DNA from: an uncultured Nitrososphaeraceae archaeon
GTDB lineage: Archaea > Thermoproteota > Nitrososphaeria > Nitrososphaerales > Nitrososphaeraceae
Reading direction: 5' to 3'
Assembly: GCA_963837175.1 (NCBI GenBank)
Contig: CAWIMJ010000047.1
Span: forward strand, 64,001-128,000
Length of the DNA: 64,000 nucleotides
Below the pieces are notes generated by a model. It did not search any database, was not told the origin of the DNA, and worked only from the letters and a program-made list of their open reading frames with translations. Below are positions 53,462 through 63,616 of this stretch, piece after piece; position 1 is the first letter of the stretch; each line of letters opens with the position of its first letter. A program made the translations under genes and the position numbers.

Positions 53462-53661
53462 CCTTGTATAGTGACTTGACTTTACGATGCTCGTATTAAA
53501 ATCTTCGGAAAAAACTAGCCAGCTTATTATTTTTCATATTTGTTAATATCTGATAATTTTCATTTTAAGGAGATTTTACCCATATGATTTTTGAAAGTAA
53601 TTGAATTATTGAAAATAGATAAGTTCAAAGTATTTATTCTCAACAGAAAGGAAATACTATA

Positions 53662-54081
53662 ATGCCCAAGGTTGTTCGAGATATAATGACAAAAAACGTG
53701 GTTACTATTGAAGCAAATAGAACAGCGTTGGAAGCAGCCAAAATAATGGCCGAGAAGGGTATTAGTTCATTAATTGTCCTAAAGGATCAAGATCCAGTAG
53801 GTATTATAACAGAACGTGATTTCGTTAAGAAGATTTGCATCAAAGAACTAAACGTATCACGTGTAAAAGTCAACGAAGTTATGTCAAAGCTTCGCACTTT
53901 TGCCGATCCAGAGATACCGATCGAAGTGGCCGTGCAGAGAATGGTAAATCACAAGATCCGTAGATTACCAATTATGGAAGATGGTAAAGTTGTAGGAATT
54001 ATTACAGTTACAGACTTAGCAAAATATTTACGCACAATATTGCTGATTGAGGGAGCACTTTCTGAGCAGAGCAATTCTTAA
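53662..54081 (+). CDS. Stand-alone CBS-pair protein
   Basis: VRDIMT, GIITERD, IRRLP, GIITVTD. Confidence 0.92.
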   Translation: MPKVVRDIMTKNVVTIEANRTALEAAKIMAEKGISSLIVLKDQDPVGIITERDFVKKICIKELNVSRVKVNEVMSKLRTFADPEIPIEVAVQRMVNHKIRRLPIMEDGKVVGIITVTDLAKYLRTILLIEGALSEQSNS

Positions 54082-54279
54082 AAACAATTATGGCTTAAAT
54101 TTTAATAAAGACGCAATTAATACTTCAATACTTGCCATATAACCGCGCGCTTTCACAGTAACTGTCATTACACCTATTAATTTCTCTTAAGGAGTAATAG
54201 ATAAGCGTATTCGTTCTAGAATATTATAACGTTTTCCTGACTCACCATTAACTAGCCGATTCATAAACATCAATATAGA

Positions 54280-54570
54280 TTATTCTACTTTACCTATTGA
54301 TCTAACTATGCAATCACTTATGACAGGATTATAAATACGCAGTTCTCTACAAAGATTGTTAACGATTTTTTCTGCAGTTTTTTCAGACCTCGCAGTTACT
54401 ATGATTTTCAACGTCTTAGAGGCCCTTACTGACTCAATATTTGAATATCCTCCTTTAACTATAAGGTCATGATGGATGGTTTCACCCTCTGGATCATCGA
54501 CAAATTGTTTATTTTCTATTGTAACCAAAACAATAAATTTACGATATTTTGACTCTTGAGTCATGGCCAT
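54280..54570 (-). CDS. purS: FGAM synthase subunit PurS
   Basis: DPEGETI, VR..K, LC..L.IYNPVI. Confidence 0.92.
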   Translation of the reverse strand: MAMTQESKYRKFIVLVTIENKQFVDDPEGETIHHDLIVKGGYSNIESVRASKTLKIIVTARSEKTAEKIVNNLCRELRIYNPVISDCIVRSIGKVE

Positions 54571-54684
54571 CTCTATTAATTATTTATGCTAAACATTTAA
54601 ACTCACCTAAGAAGATTAATTTGTGGATATGCCGAAGGTATTAATTACGCTCGTCAAATCTTTTCTCATAATTTCTTAACGTTT

Positions 54685-54759
54685 GGTCATGTAGCTCAGC
54701 CTGGTAAGAGCGAAGGTTTTGTAAACCTTAGGTCGTGGGTTCGAATCCCACCATGACCT
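54685..54759 (+). tRNA. tRNA-Thr(TGT), intron-less
   Basis: GGTCATG/CATGACC acceptor, AAGGT-TTTGTAA-ACCTT anticodon arm, GTGGGTTCGAATCCCAC. Confidence 0.93.
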
Positions 54760-54893
54760 TCAATCGAGGTTTGAAAGGAAGTCATTATTATGATGAAGGA
54801 CATTTGAAAGATATTCACGAGACAAATTTGCACGATAGAAAAATATAATTTCAACGATGAGATTTTATTTTACCTTCGGCTAGGAAAATTTAA

Positions 54894-55733
54894 ATGAAAA
54901 TGCTTCGTCAAGGCAAGGTAAAAGATTTGTACGAATTAGATAATGGCAATATTATGTTTTATTTTTCTGATCGTGTATCTGCATTCGATATCAAGATGCC
55001 TACTCCTATCTCTAGAAAAGGTGAAGTACTTTGTAAATTTGCAAAATTCTGGTTTGAATGTCTTGGCACAAAACATCATATGGTCAGCATTCAAGATAAC
55101 GACAAAATGGAGGTTAAGAGAATGGAGATGATCCCTATAGAGTGTGTCGTCAGAGGTTACTTTTACGGGACTCTAGAAGAACGCTATAACAAGGGCAATA
55201 GGCATGATTTGCTCTCTAGTTCTTTCGTTCCAGTTAAGGCTTCAAAATTATTTGAGCCTATTTTTGATCCAACTACGAAATCTGAAGAACATGATCTCCC
55301 GACGACTAAGGAGGAAATTATGTCTTCTTGTCTGTTGTCCTCAAAAGATTATGATTATGTAAAAGAAACCTCTCTCATGCTGTATAATAAAATGAGCTCA
55401 ATCGTCGAAAGTGCTGGATTTATTATCGCGGATGTTAAATTTGAATTCGGCCGAGATGTAAGAACTGGCGAAATTTTGTTAGGTGATTCTCTTGGACCAG
55501 ATGAATTTCGACTTTGGTTAAAGGGTGATTATACACCTGGAAAAATCCAAGAAAGTTACGACAAGCAATTGTTAAGGGATTGGCTTGTTAAAATTGGTTT
55601 CAAAGAAAAGGTAGATGAATATTCAAAGAAAGGAGAAAAGCCGCCGCCTCCTTTAATCCCGACAGAAATTGCAACAGAATTAAGTAAAAGATATATTTTT
55701 GCATATGAAAAAATCAGCGGGAAAAAATTGTAG
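54894..55733 (+). CDS. purC: SAICAR synthetase
   Basis: GKVKDLY, SDRVSAFD, PIECVVRGY, D.KFEFG, DKQ.LRDW. Confidence 0.96.
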   Translation: MKMLRQGKVKDLYELDNGNIMFYFSDRVSAFDIKMPTPISRKGEVLCKFAKFWFECLGTKHHMVSIQDNDKMEVKRMEMIPIECVVRGYFYGTLEERYNKGNRHDLLSSSFVPVKASKLFEPIFDPTTKSEEHDLPTTKEEIMSSCLLSSKDYDYVKETSLMLYNKMSSIVESAGFIIADVKFEFGRDVRTGEILLGDSLGPDEFRLWLKGDYTPGKIQESYDKQLLRDWLVKIGFKEKVDEYSKKGEKPPPPLIPTEIATELSKRYIFAYEKISGKKL

Positions 55734-55753
55734 TGGTTTAGAAAGAACGAACA

Positions 55754-55893
55754 AATATTTGTGAGTATCGCAGCGAGTTTAAACTGGTGTATGCATCGAA
55801 ACGTTAGTTTCTAGGGATATTAGCCAGACCTCGAGTATGCAATCAGCTCGATTTATACATCAAACGACTCCTGCGGTTAATTGTCAAAATATT
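55754..55893. repeat. Long imperfect inverted repeat (fold-back element)
   Basis: ATCGCAG/CTGCGGT, GAGTT/GACTC, TGGTGTAT/ATACATCA, ATCGA/TCGAT nested arms. Confidence 0.6.
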
Positions 55894-55921
55894 GATATCC
55901 TAAGATGTATTGATCACTCCG

Positions 55922-56341
55922 TTATTCTATATATATACTTAGAACTGCTCTCCTTTCAGGATCCTGCAAGGATCGAATTATATCTCTAGGTATGTCCGAA
56001 GAAGCCTTATCAGAATTCACGCAGAGTGTTCGAGAACATACGAAATTCGTTTTTCTAATCACTATATCTTGAGCATCTAATAGCATGATTCTACTGTTTC
56101 CAAAACCGTTAAATCTATAAAATAGATTGCCAGTAATTATCGATAGCCTTACAACCGAGTCTTGCTTCTTTAATAGCCTTTGCAATAATGGATCTAAATC
56201 CTTACAGGCTTTATTTGCCCTTACGCCAATTATACAGTCTCCTCTTAACGTAAGATTTGGATTCTTTGTTACTTCTATCGCCCGAAGATGAAGAGATTGG
56301 ACATTCGGGTGCCCATAAAAAATAACTTCGTCCTCGACCAC
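55922..56341 (-). CDS. DUF371 family protein
   Basis: GHPNV...H...EVTK...LT.RGDCIIGV, V.RK.NF. Confidence 0.9.
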   Translation of the reverse strand: MVEDEVIFYGHPNVQSLHLRAIEVTKNPNLTLRGDCIIGVRANKACKDLDPLLQRLLKKQDSVVRLSIITGNLFYRFNGFGNSRIMLLDAQDIVIRKTNFVCSRTLCVNSDKASSDIPRDIIRSLQDPERRAVLSIYIE

Positions 56342-56437
56342 AGCATTTGGCTATCTGCTGGTTGCCAAAATTAAACTTAGCGGAGAAAAATGATAAGGTA
56401 AATTTAAATTAAACTTTACAAAGTAGTTAAAACTGAA

Positions 56438-57175
56438 TTGTTACCAGCAGCAGCAGGATATGACCGAGCTATTACTGTTTTCTCGCCTGACGGAAGATTG
56501 TATCAGGTAGAATATGCCATTGAGACCGTTAGAAGAGGGACATTAGCTATTGGAATAAAAAGCGAAGATGGTGTTATTCTAGCAGTTGAAGAAAAAGCTA
56601 GAAAATTGCAGATATCAAATGTTACACAAAAGATCTTCCAAGTCGATGATCATATTGGAGTCGCCGCAGCAGGATACATTCCTGATGCCAGAACTCAAGT
56701 TGATCATGCAAGATTTTTCGCGCAGAGTAATCGACTTATCTATGACGAACCAGTAGATGTCGAGGGAGTAGCAAAAAATATTGCAGATATGGCTCAGCAA
56801 TTTACTCAATATGCGGGTGTTCGACCATTTGGCGTTGCCTTGATTCTTGCAGGTGTTGATAAAAATGGAGCCTCACTTTATCTAACTGATCCAAGTGGTA
56901 CCTACATTGGATATGACGCCGTGGCAATAGGAGCAGGAAGTGATCAAGTGACTGAATTCTTAGAAAAAAGTTATAAAAATAATGTATCTATGGAAGAGGC
57001 TGGTGCACTAGCAATTGAGTCAATATACCTTGTAAGTGAAGATAAAACTGGCACAAGACATGTGAAAATGGCAATTATTGATAACAATACGAAAACAATG
57101 CGAAAGGTAGAAGAAGAGGAAATAGACAGGTACGCGTCAAAAGTAAAAGAAGGAGCAGATAAGAGGACATCATAG
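56438..57175 (+). CDS. psmA: Proteasome subunit alpha
   Basis: YDRAITVFSPDGRLYQVEYA, RPFGVAL. Confidence 0.97.
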   Translation: MLPAAAGYDRAITVFSPDGRLYQVEYAIETVRRGTLAIGIKSEDGVILAVEEKARKLQISNVTQKIFQVDDHIGVAAAGYIPDARTQVDHARFFAQSNRLIYDEPVDVEGVAKNIADMAQQFTQYAGVRPFGVALILAGVDKNGASLYLTDPSGTYIGYDAVAIGAGSDQVTEFLEKSYKNNVSMEEAGALAIESIYLVSEDKTGTRHVKMAIIDNNTKTMRKVEEEEIDRYASKVKEGADKRTS

Positions 57176-57248
57176 TAAATGTTCTCTCAAATTTCAAGAA
57201 TATTTTGTGTAGCATTAGTTTAAATAATGTTAAGCCATTTTTTTATCT

Positions 57249-57917
57249 ATGGTTGTGAGTATTGGCGATAAAGCACCAAATTTAAAGGTAGCTGAATGGA
57301 TACAGGGTAAGCCAACCAATATTGATAACGAGATTGGTAATGTAATTCTCATTGAGGTATTCCAGGTAAATTGTCCTGGTTGTTTTATATATGGAATACC
57401 TGGTGCGATCAAGATTTATAGAAACTATAACAATAAGGGTGTCACTGTACTAGGTATTGCAACCGCATTCGAAGATTTTGATAAAAATACATTAGACAAC
57501 CTAAAGCTGTTGCTTTTCACAGGAGAGGTGATTGGAGAAACACGAAAGGCACTCGGCCAATACGGCCAGCTTGTAGAAGAGAACAAATTACCTTATAAGA
57601 TACCTTTTCCTGTAGCAATGGATTCTTTGCATAAAGAATCGAATGTCTTATCTGAGAACAGGATCATGGATTTTGTTGAGAGCAATGTTCCTGATTTTAG
57701 ATCTTATTCAGATGCAAACAGATTGATACTTATTGAAAGAGTGAAAAATTATTTGCAAACAAAAGAAATTTCAGCCCAAACATTTGAAGAATATGGCTTA
57801 AGAGGCACTCCATCGTGCATATTGATAGACAGGAAAGGAATAGTAAGACACATTAGCTTCGGTGCAGACGGACTCATGGACAAGATGGTACAAGACTTGG
57901 TAATAGAACAAGAATAA
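57249..57917 (+). CDS. Thioredoxin-fold redoxin (TlpA/peroxiredoxin-like)
   Basis: IGDKAP, FQVNCPGC, GTPS..LIDRKG. Confidence 0.85.
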   Translation: MVVSIGDKAPNLKVAEWIQGKPTNIDNEIGNVILIEVFQVNCPGCFIYGIPGAIKIYRNYNNKGVTVLGIATAFEDFDKNTLDNLKLLLFTGEVIGETRKALGQYGQLVEENKLPYKIPFPVAMDSLHKESNVLSENRIMDFVESNVPDFRSYSDANRLILIERVKNYLQTKEISAQTFEEYGLRGTPSCILIDRKGIVRHISFGADGLMDKMVQDLVIEQE

Positions 57918-58765
57918 TGAAAAGGTCTTGTGATCTTTACGTTGCTATTCCTGATTCTTCTCTCTTAGATGAACAGACAAAACGTGACAAAAGCATCAAG
58001 ATCTCCCAAATTGCGAGAGCTTGTTCAATATTCAGAGTCAAAACTATATACATTTATCATGATATGTCATTCAGATATGTAAATGATGATCTTAATTTAT
58101 TAACGACAATTTTACGTTATCTCGATACGCCACAATACCTAAGGAAAGTTTTGTATCCTCGCATGAGAATGTTGGAATACGCTGGAATTCTTCATCCAAT
58201 AAGGTCGCCTCATCATAAAGACCGAGAGGATATCAAGGATGTTAAAATCGGCGATGTTAGGGTTGGAGTGATAGCAAACGACAAGGGAAACTTGTATGTT
58301 GATGTAGGTTTAAGTTCACTTGTCCCTTTCGAAGGAGTGGGTTTCAAAGGAAAAAAAGTCAATGTCTTGTTCACATCACCATATCCAAACTTACGGGCAA
58401 GAGAAGCAATCGAGGAACACTTAGGCAAAACTTATTGGGGATATGATGTGAAGGTTGTTTCAAATCTTGCAAAGCTCTTAGATACTGCTAACAACGCAGA
58501 AATCCTCATTACTTATAGAGAAGGTCCATTTTTCAAAATGAAGGAAGACAAGCTTCTGAAGCGAATGAAGGCCGGTAGAAATCTATTGGTGGTATTTGGC
58601 TCTCCTAAAAAAGGAGTGGAAGAAATATTGGCTAAGGAGGGCTCAAATATAAGGTTTTACGATTTCGTGGCAAATATGTTTCCTTTTCAAGGAACAGCAA
58701 CAATCAGATTGGAAGAGGCACTATTCGGAACTTTAGCTATATTAAATCATTTTCTGACAAGATGA
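57917..58765 (+). CDS. SPOUT-family RNA methyltransferase (DUF171 type)
   Basis: IAR.CSIFRV, TPQYLRK, VFGSP..G, QGT.TIRLEEA. Confidence 0.88.
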   Translation: MKRSCDLYVAIPDSSLLDEQTKRDKSIKISQIARACSIFRVKTIYIYHDMSFRYVNDDLNLLTTILRYLDTPQYLRKVLYPRMRMLEYAGILHPIRSPHHKDREDIKDVKIGDVRVGVIANDKGNLYVDVGLSSLVPFEGVGFKGKKVNVLFTSPYPNLRAREAIEEHLGKTYWGYDVKVVSNLAKLLDTANNAEILITYREGPFFKMKEDKLLKRMKAGRNLLVVFGSPKKGVEEILAKEGSNIRFYDFVANMFPFQGTATIRLEEALFGTLAILNHFLTR

Positions 58766-59333
58766 CTAAACCTTTTCCTTACTTTCACACATTTGTTGAA
58801 TAGAAATGTCATCATCCTTATACGCACTGTGAGGTAGAAGTTTTGCTCATATAATGAAGTCCGGATTAATGGTATAGGTTCTTCCTAAAGATAGATAGCC
58901 GCTATTTGAGAGAATTTTTTTCAGTAGAGAGATATTTTCTATTAACAGATTTGTTTAATAATATTATGGGTAACAGCAATCAACTATTTCTAAAATAAGA
59001 AACGTTGTCATAAAAACAATGTTAATTAATTTAAAGACTCCAAACCATCGTAGGTCGTGATACTTCAAGTGGGTCTTTTGACGATCTTCTCTTTGATGTT
59101 AAGCAGTTTTGCTAGATGTACAAGTAATAGTAATGGAGTAGGAGCCTATTGACATAAGTTATCTCTGAAATAAAATAATTAATTTCTTTATTATGACACT
59201 ATATAATTCAAGGATATTCTAGTCTTCATTTTATTTCTGTCTTTGTGAACGGGTTCATTAATAGAATGGAATATTAGCTAATTGAAATTTGGTTATAAAT
59301 TTATTAAAGGGATTTTGATGTGTTAATTTACCT

Positions 59334-60332
59334 ATGGGTCATCGAAAGTATAGCGCGCCGCGACGAGGTAGTATTGCATTTAGGCCACGCGCTAGAGCCA
59401 AGAGTATAGAGGCTCGAGTAAGAACGTGGCCAGAGTCTTCATTGGAGAAGACGTCTTTACTAGGTTTTGCAGGGTTTAAAGCAGGTGGATTACACATACT
59501 AACTATAGATGATCGTGAGAAAACTCCCAATTTTGGAAAGCAACTTATTAACGTGTCAACAGTTATAGTTACGCCACCAATAAAGGTAATCGGTATTCGA
59601 GGTTATAATCAAAATTCATATGGAAAGCATGCAGTATTTGATGTTTATGCAAAAGATCTACCAAAGGGGCTTTCTCGCAAATTCGATGCCACTTATAATG
59701 AAGAGGCACTCACAAAGTCTGGGTCTTTACTTGATAAGATAGGTTCTATAATGGCAATAGTTGCAGTCAACCCGCGAGATATTAATATGTCACAGAAGAA
59801 ACCATATGTATTTGAAATAGCTGTTTCAGGCAATAATAATGTCAGAGCCCAATATGACTATGTAAAGAATCTTTTAGGAAAGGAAGTTCATGCTAGAGAT
59901 ATTTTCCAGGTTGGGCAATATATAGATGTCTTTGGAATTACGAGAGGAAAAGGCGTAGAAGGTCCGGTTACAAGGTTTGGTATCAAGCGAAAGCAGCATA
60001 AATCTAGAAAGAGTGTTCGGGCCGTAGGAACACTAGGACCTATCTCACCTGCAGTGGTAATGTATACAGTTCCACGACAGGGACAGAGAGGCTTTCATCA
60101 AAGGACAGAATATAACAAACGAATCTTGCTATTATCCAGCACTGATAAAGGAGATAATTCAATAAACCCACCAGGTGGTTTCAAGCATTTTGGATTGGTT
60201 AAAGGCGAATATTTGGTAGTAAGAGGATCCATTCCGGGCGTTCCCAAGAGGCTAATTAAAATGCGGCATCCGCTGCGTAATCCTCAGAAAAAAGTAGTAG
60301 AGCCAAAGATTGTAGAGGTAGTTGCACACTGA
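59334..60332 (+). CDS. rpl3: 50S ribosomal protein L3
   Basis: PRRGS.AF.PR.RA, GFKAG, GQRGFHQRTEYNKRI. Confidence 0.97.
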   Translation: MGHRKYSAPRRGSIAFRPRARAKSIEARVRTWPESSLEKTSLLGFAGFKAGGLHILTIDDREKTPNFGKQLINVSTVIVTPPIKVIGIRGYNQNSYGKHAVFDVYAKDLPKGLSRKFDATYNEEALTKSGSLLDKIGSIMAIVAVNPRDINMSQKKPYVFEIAVSGNNNVRAQYDYVKNLLGKEVHARDIFQVGQYIDVFGITRGKGVEGPVTRFGIKRKQHKSRKSVRAVGTLGPISPAVVMYTVPRQGQRGFHQRTEYNKRILLLSSTDKGDNSINPPGGFKHFGLVKGEYLVVRGSIPGVPKRLIKMRHPLRNPQKKVVEPKIVEVVAH

Positions 60333-61148
60333 AATCAAAGACGATTCTAGGAATAGACGGCGGTGAATCTAATACTATAGAGCTACCTGAAATATTTGAA
60401 ACGCCCTATAGACCAGAAGTAATGCATAAAGTATACATAAATTTGCTATCTCATAAATATCAAAGGCAAGGACGTTATCCTGCTGCAGGGGAGATAGTAA
60501 GTGCAGAATCACGCAATACAGGGCTTGGCATTGCAAGACTTGCAAGAGCCCGCGGTGAAGGTTTTCAGAGAGCAGGACAGGCTGCTGGCGTTTCCGGCGT
60601 CCGGCATGGTAGAGTTGCACATCCTCCTGAATCGTGGAAAAATATTTACAAGAAAATTAATAAAAAGGAGAAGCAGTTAGGTATATGTTCAGCTATTGCG
60701 GCTACCAGTCGAAAGGATCTAATTATCAAGCGCGGCCACAAGATTGGTGGACTTTTAGACTTTCCCATTGTTGTTTCTAATGAAATCGAATCCATTTCAA
60801 AGACAAAAGATCTGCAAACGACCCTTATAGCTTTGGGATTAAAAGAGGATTTGATTAGAGCAGGATTATCTCATAAACCAAGAACTGGTACTTCAAGAAG
60901 AAGAGGAAGACGGGCACATTCAGGGGTTAGTGCCTTGATTGTTGTTGAAAAAGATGAAATTTTAGGAAGGCTCTCTGGGTCAATTCCAGGAGTTGAAGTG
61001 AAATCAGGTACAAAGACTTAATGTCATAGATCTTATGCCTGGCTCAAAACCAATAAGATTAACAATATTCTCGCAGAATGCTGTCGAAAAGTTAAAGGAT
61101 GTTCAAGCACCTGTTCTTAGAATTATGGAGATGATGCAAAGTAAATGA
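60329..61148 (+). CDS. rpl4: 50S ribosomal protein L4; probable CTG start; +1 frameshift at 61007-61008
   Basis: LPEIFETPYRPE, SAES..TG.G.AR..R, AHPP; deleting one G restores LNVIDLMPGSKPIRLTI to TGA 61148. Confidence 0.93.
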
Positions 61149-61438
61149 ATGCCACTCAACAGAATAGATCTATGAGCGTAGAGACAGCAAGCTCAATTAT
61201 CATCAAACCTTATATTACTGAAAAAACATTCAACTTGATTGAAAAGGAAAATAAATTGACTTTCATAGTAGCAGAAAAAGCTACTAAAGATCAAATAGTA
61301 AAAGCATTACAAATTCTGTATGAATCGCAAGCAAGTGAAGTAAATACTGCAAGAACAATACAAGGTAAAAAGGCATTTATAAAAATTAAGGCTCCTGAAG
61401 GTGCTCGGGAACTTGCCACAAAGATGGGACTAGTATAG
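61145..61438 (+). CDS. rpl23: 50S ribosomal protein L23
   Basis: P.ITEK, NKLTFIV, VNT, GKKAFI. Confidence 0.95.
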   Translation: MNATQQNRSMSVETASSIIIKPYITEKTFNLIEKENKLTFIVAEKATKDQIVKALQILYESQASEVNTARTIQGKKAFIKIKAPEGARELATKMGLV

Positions 61439-61501
61439 AAATGCTGTTTATTATCTCGCTAGATTTAAAAGTAGTCTAGTACGATGGTGTCATTGATATA
61501 A

Positions 61502-61909
61502 TTGGTTCGTGAATTTAAGTTCAAAGGTTATTCGCCTGAACAATTACAATCATTATCTGTAGAATCACTTTTGCCATTATTAAATTCTAGGCAGCGTAGG
61601 TCACTGGACAAAAGAGTAGGTATGTATATGAATGATCAAAAGCGTAAGTTACGTGAAGAAATAAAACTTCTTCGAGAAGGTAAGCTCAAAGGTCAGTTAA
61701 AAACTCACGTTAGAGATATGATAATTCTTCCGGATATGATTGGTCTTTCTATGAGCGTACATAACGGTAAGGAATTTTCTCCAATCCATATAAGGGCTGA
61801 GATGGTAGGACACTATGTGGGTGAATATGCCATCACAAATAAAAGAGTTCAGCATGGAAGTCCTGGCGTAGGATCATCGAGATCCAGTTTGTATGTGCCA
61901 TTGAAGTGA
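61502..61909 (+). CDS. rps19: 30S ribosomal protein S19
   Basis: KTHVRDMIILP, HNGKEF, MVGHY.GE. Confidence 0.96.
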   Translation: MVREFKFKGYSPEQLQSLSVESLLPLLNSRQRRSLDKRVGMYMNDQKRKLREEIKLLREGKLKGQLKTHVRDMIILPDMIGLSMSVHNGKEFSPIHIRAEMVGHYVGEYAITNKRVQHGSPGVGSSRSSLYVPLK

Positions 61910-61916
61910 TATATTT

Positions 61917-62390
61917 ATGCCAAATTACTCCTATGCATTTCAAAACTTCGATAAAACAAAACATGTGAGAGCTGCAATCAGAGAAAAAGATGTTTCTCAC
62001 AAGCATAGTCGTGAAGTAGCTGTTGCAGTAAAGGGAATGTCAATAGAAAAAGCAAGAGATTTTTTGAATAATGTTATTGCAAAAAAAATTGCAGTTCCTT
62101 ATAGAAGATATAACAATGAAGTTGCACACCGTTCCAATGTTCGTGATGGTTTTTTTGCAGGAAGGTTCCCACAAAAATCAGCTAAAGAATTTTTGAAACT
62201 TCTTGATAATTTAGAAACAAATGCTGAGTATAAAGGTATGGACCTGGATCGATTAAGGATTATTAGCGCAGTTGTTCATAAAGGAACAAAACTTGAACGA
62301 TTTACACCTCGTGCCATGGGAAAAGCAAGTCCAAAGTTCGACACCCTGATTCACATAGAATTAGTCGCACAGGAGAGTAGATCGGTGTAA
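61917..62390 (+). CDS. rpl22: 50S ribosomal protein L22
   Basis: S.KHSREV, GRFPQK, PRAMG, HIELV. Confidence 0.96.
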   Translation: MPNYSYAFQNFDKTKHVRAAIREKDVSHKHSREVAVAVKGMSIEKARDFLNNVIAKKIAVPYRRYNNEVAHRSNVRDGFFAGRFPQKSAKEFLKLLDNLETNAEYKGMDLDRLRIISAVVHKGTKLERFTPRAMGKASPKFDTLIHIELVAQESRSV

Positions 62391-63130
62391 TGAGCGCTGT
62401 AAAAAATGTAATGAAGAATAATTATCGAAATATGGAACTAAACGAATATCTTGCGGCAAGTTTAAAAGATGCAGGATATGGCGGCGTCGACGTACAAAAG
62501 ACTCCAATCGGAACAAAGATAACACTTTCTGTTACAAGACCAGGACTGGTAATTGGTAGAAAAGGTATCGGTATTAAAGATCTAACCTCTAGACTTGAAC
62601 ACAATTTTGGCTTGACAAATCCTCAGATTTCTGTTTTAGAGGTACCTGTTCCTGAACTGAATCCAAAAATAATGAGCAATAGAATAGGACAACTAATTGA
62701 AAGAGGTACAGCTTTTAGACGAGCTTCGCTTTGGACAATTAATACGATTATGAATGCTGGTGCTTTGGGAGTAGAGGTATCTGTGGCAGGTAAACTAAGG
62801 AGCGAGCGATCTCATTTTGAAAAACACTCTGCAGGAATAGTTCCAAAAAGTGGAGATATTGCTGAGAGGGTGGTGAAGGTAGGAGTTACTCACGTCTTAA
62901 CAAAAATGGGATTAATGGGAATACAGCTGAGAATTGCATTGAAAGATGAAGTCCCTCCAGAATTTGAACTATCTAATATGTCAACAAATACTAAACAACA
63001 AGGCGTAGATTCTCAGGAGCCTATGACTGATAACTCAGCACTATCAAAACATAAAACTAATGCTCCAACGACAATTTCTTCGACAGAACAACAGGGAGCT
63101 ATAGTCAACGGGGGAAATACGAATGGGTAG
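62390..63130 (+). CDS. rps3: 30S ribosomal protein S3
   Basis: RPGLVIGRKG KH, AGALGVE...GKL; low-complexity C-tail. Confidence 0.96.
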   Translation: MSAVKNVMKNNYRNMELNEYLAASLKDAGYGGVDVQKTPIGTKITLSVTRPGLVIGRKGIGIKDLTSRLEHNFGLTNPQISVLEVPVPELNPKIMSNRIGQLIERGTAFRRASLWTINTIMNAGALGVEVSVAGKLRSERSHFEKHSAGIVPKSGDIAERVVKVGVTHVLTKMGLMGIQLRIALKDEVPPEFELSNMSTNTKQQGVDSQEPMTDNSALSKHKTNAPTTISSTEQQGAIVNGGNTNG

Positions 63131-63332
63131 AATTAAATTAAAAACACTCCAGGAGATGAATGATATTGACTTGACGGATAAGTTATCCGACCTAAAGGCT
63201 GATCTTGCTAAACTCAGATCTGAAGGTGCCAAGGGCACTCTCAAAAAGCGGACTGGAGATATCCGGTGGGTACGTAGAGATATCGCTCGAATAATGACAT
63301 TACTGAATGAGAGAAAGGAGAATACAAAATGA
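63123..63332 (+). CDS. rpl29: 50S ribosomal protein L29
   Basis: L.DLK..L..LR, RRDIARI.T. Confidence 0.93.
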   Translation: MGRIKLKTLQEMNDIDLTDKLSDLKADLAKLRSEGAKGTLKKRTGDIRWVRRDIARIMTLLNERKENTK

Positions 63333-63616
63333 TTAATGCAGATAACATTGTAGCTCATGAATTGATTGGACTTGACGTCGAAATAACTAAGAAAGATAAT
63401 CTTGTCGATTCAAAGTTGTACGGCAAAATCGTATTTGAAACAAAGAATATGATTTTGCTTAAAACATCATTTGGAATCAGAAGAGTGCCAAAGGCAATAG
63501 TAAAAAGAGCAAGGTTTTTTCTATCGCAGGGCGGTTGCTTTATAAGTGGTATATCTTTGATAGGAAGACCGGAGGATCGTGTATCACGAATCTTTGAGTT
63601 GAAAAAGAATGGTTAG
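63329..63616 (+). CDS. rnp1: Ribonuclease P protein component 1 (Rpp29)
   Basis: HELIGL, G.IV.ETKN, VPK, GRPEDR. Confidence 0.9.
   Translation: MINADNIVAHELIGLDVEITKKDNLVDSKLYGKIVFETKNMILLKTSFGIRRVPKAIVKRARFFLSQGGCFISGISLIGRPEDRVSRIFELKKNG

Noticed and set aside
2913-63358. Many antisense or overlapping track ORFs (e.g. 2913-3701, 15194-15508, 26133-26741, 29821-30228, 35182-35670, 36085-36438, 63044-63358)
   Set aside because: Shadow frames of well-supported genes on the other strand or frame; no motifs
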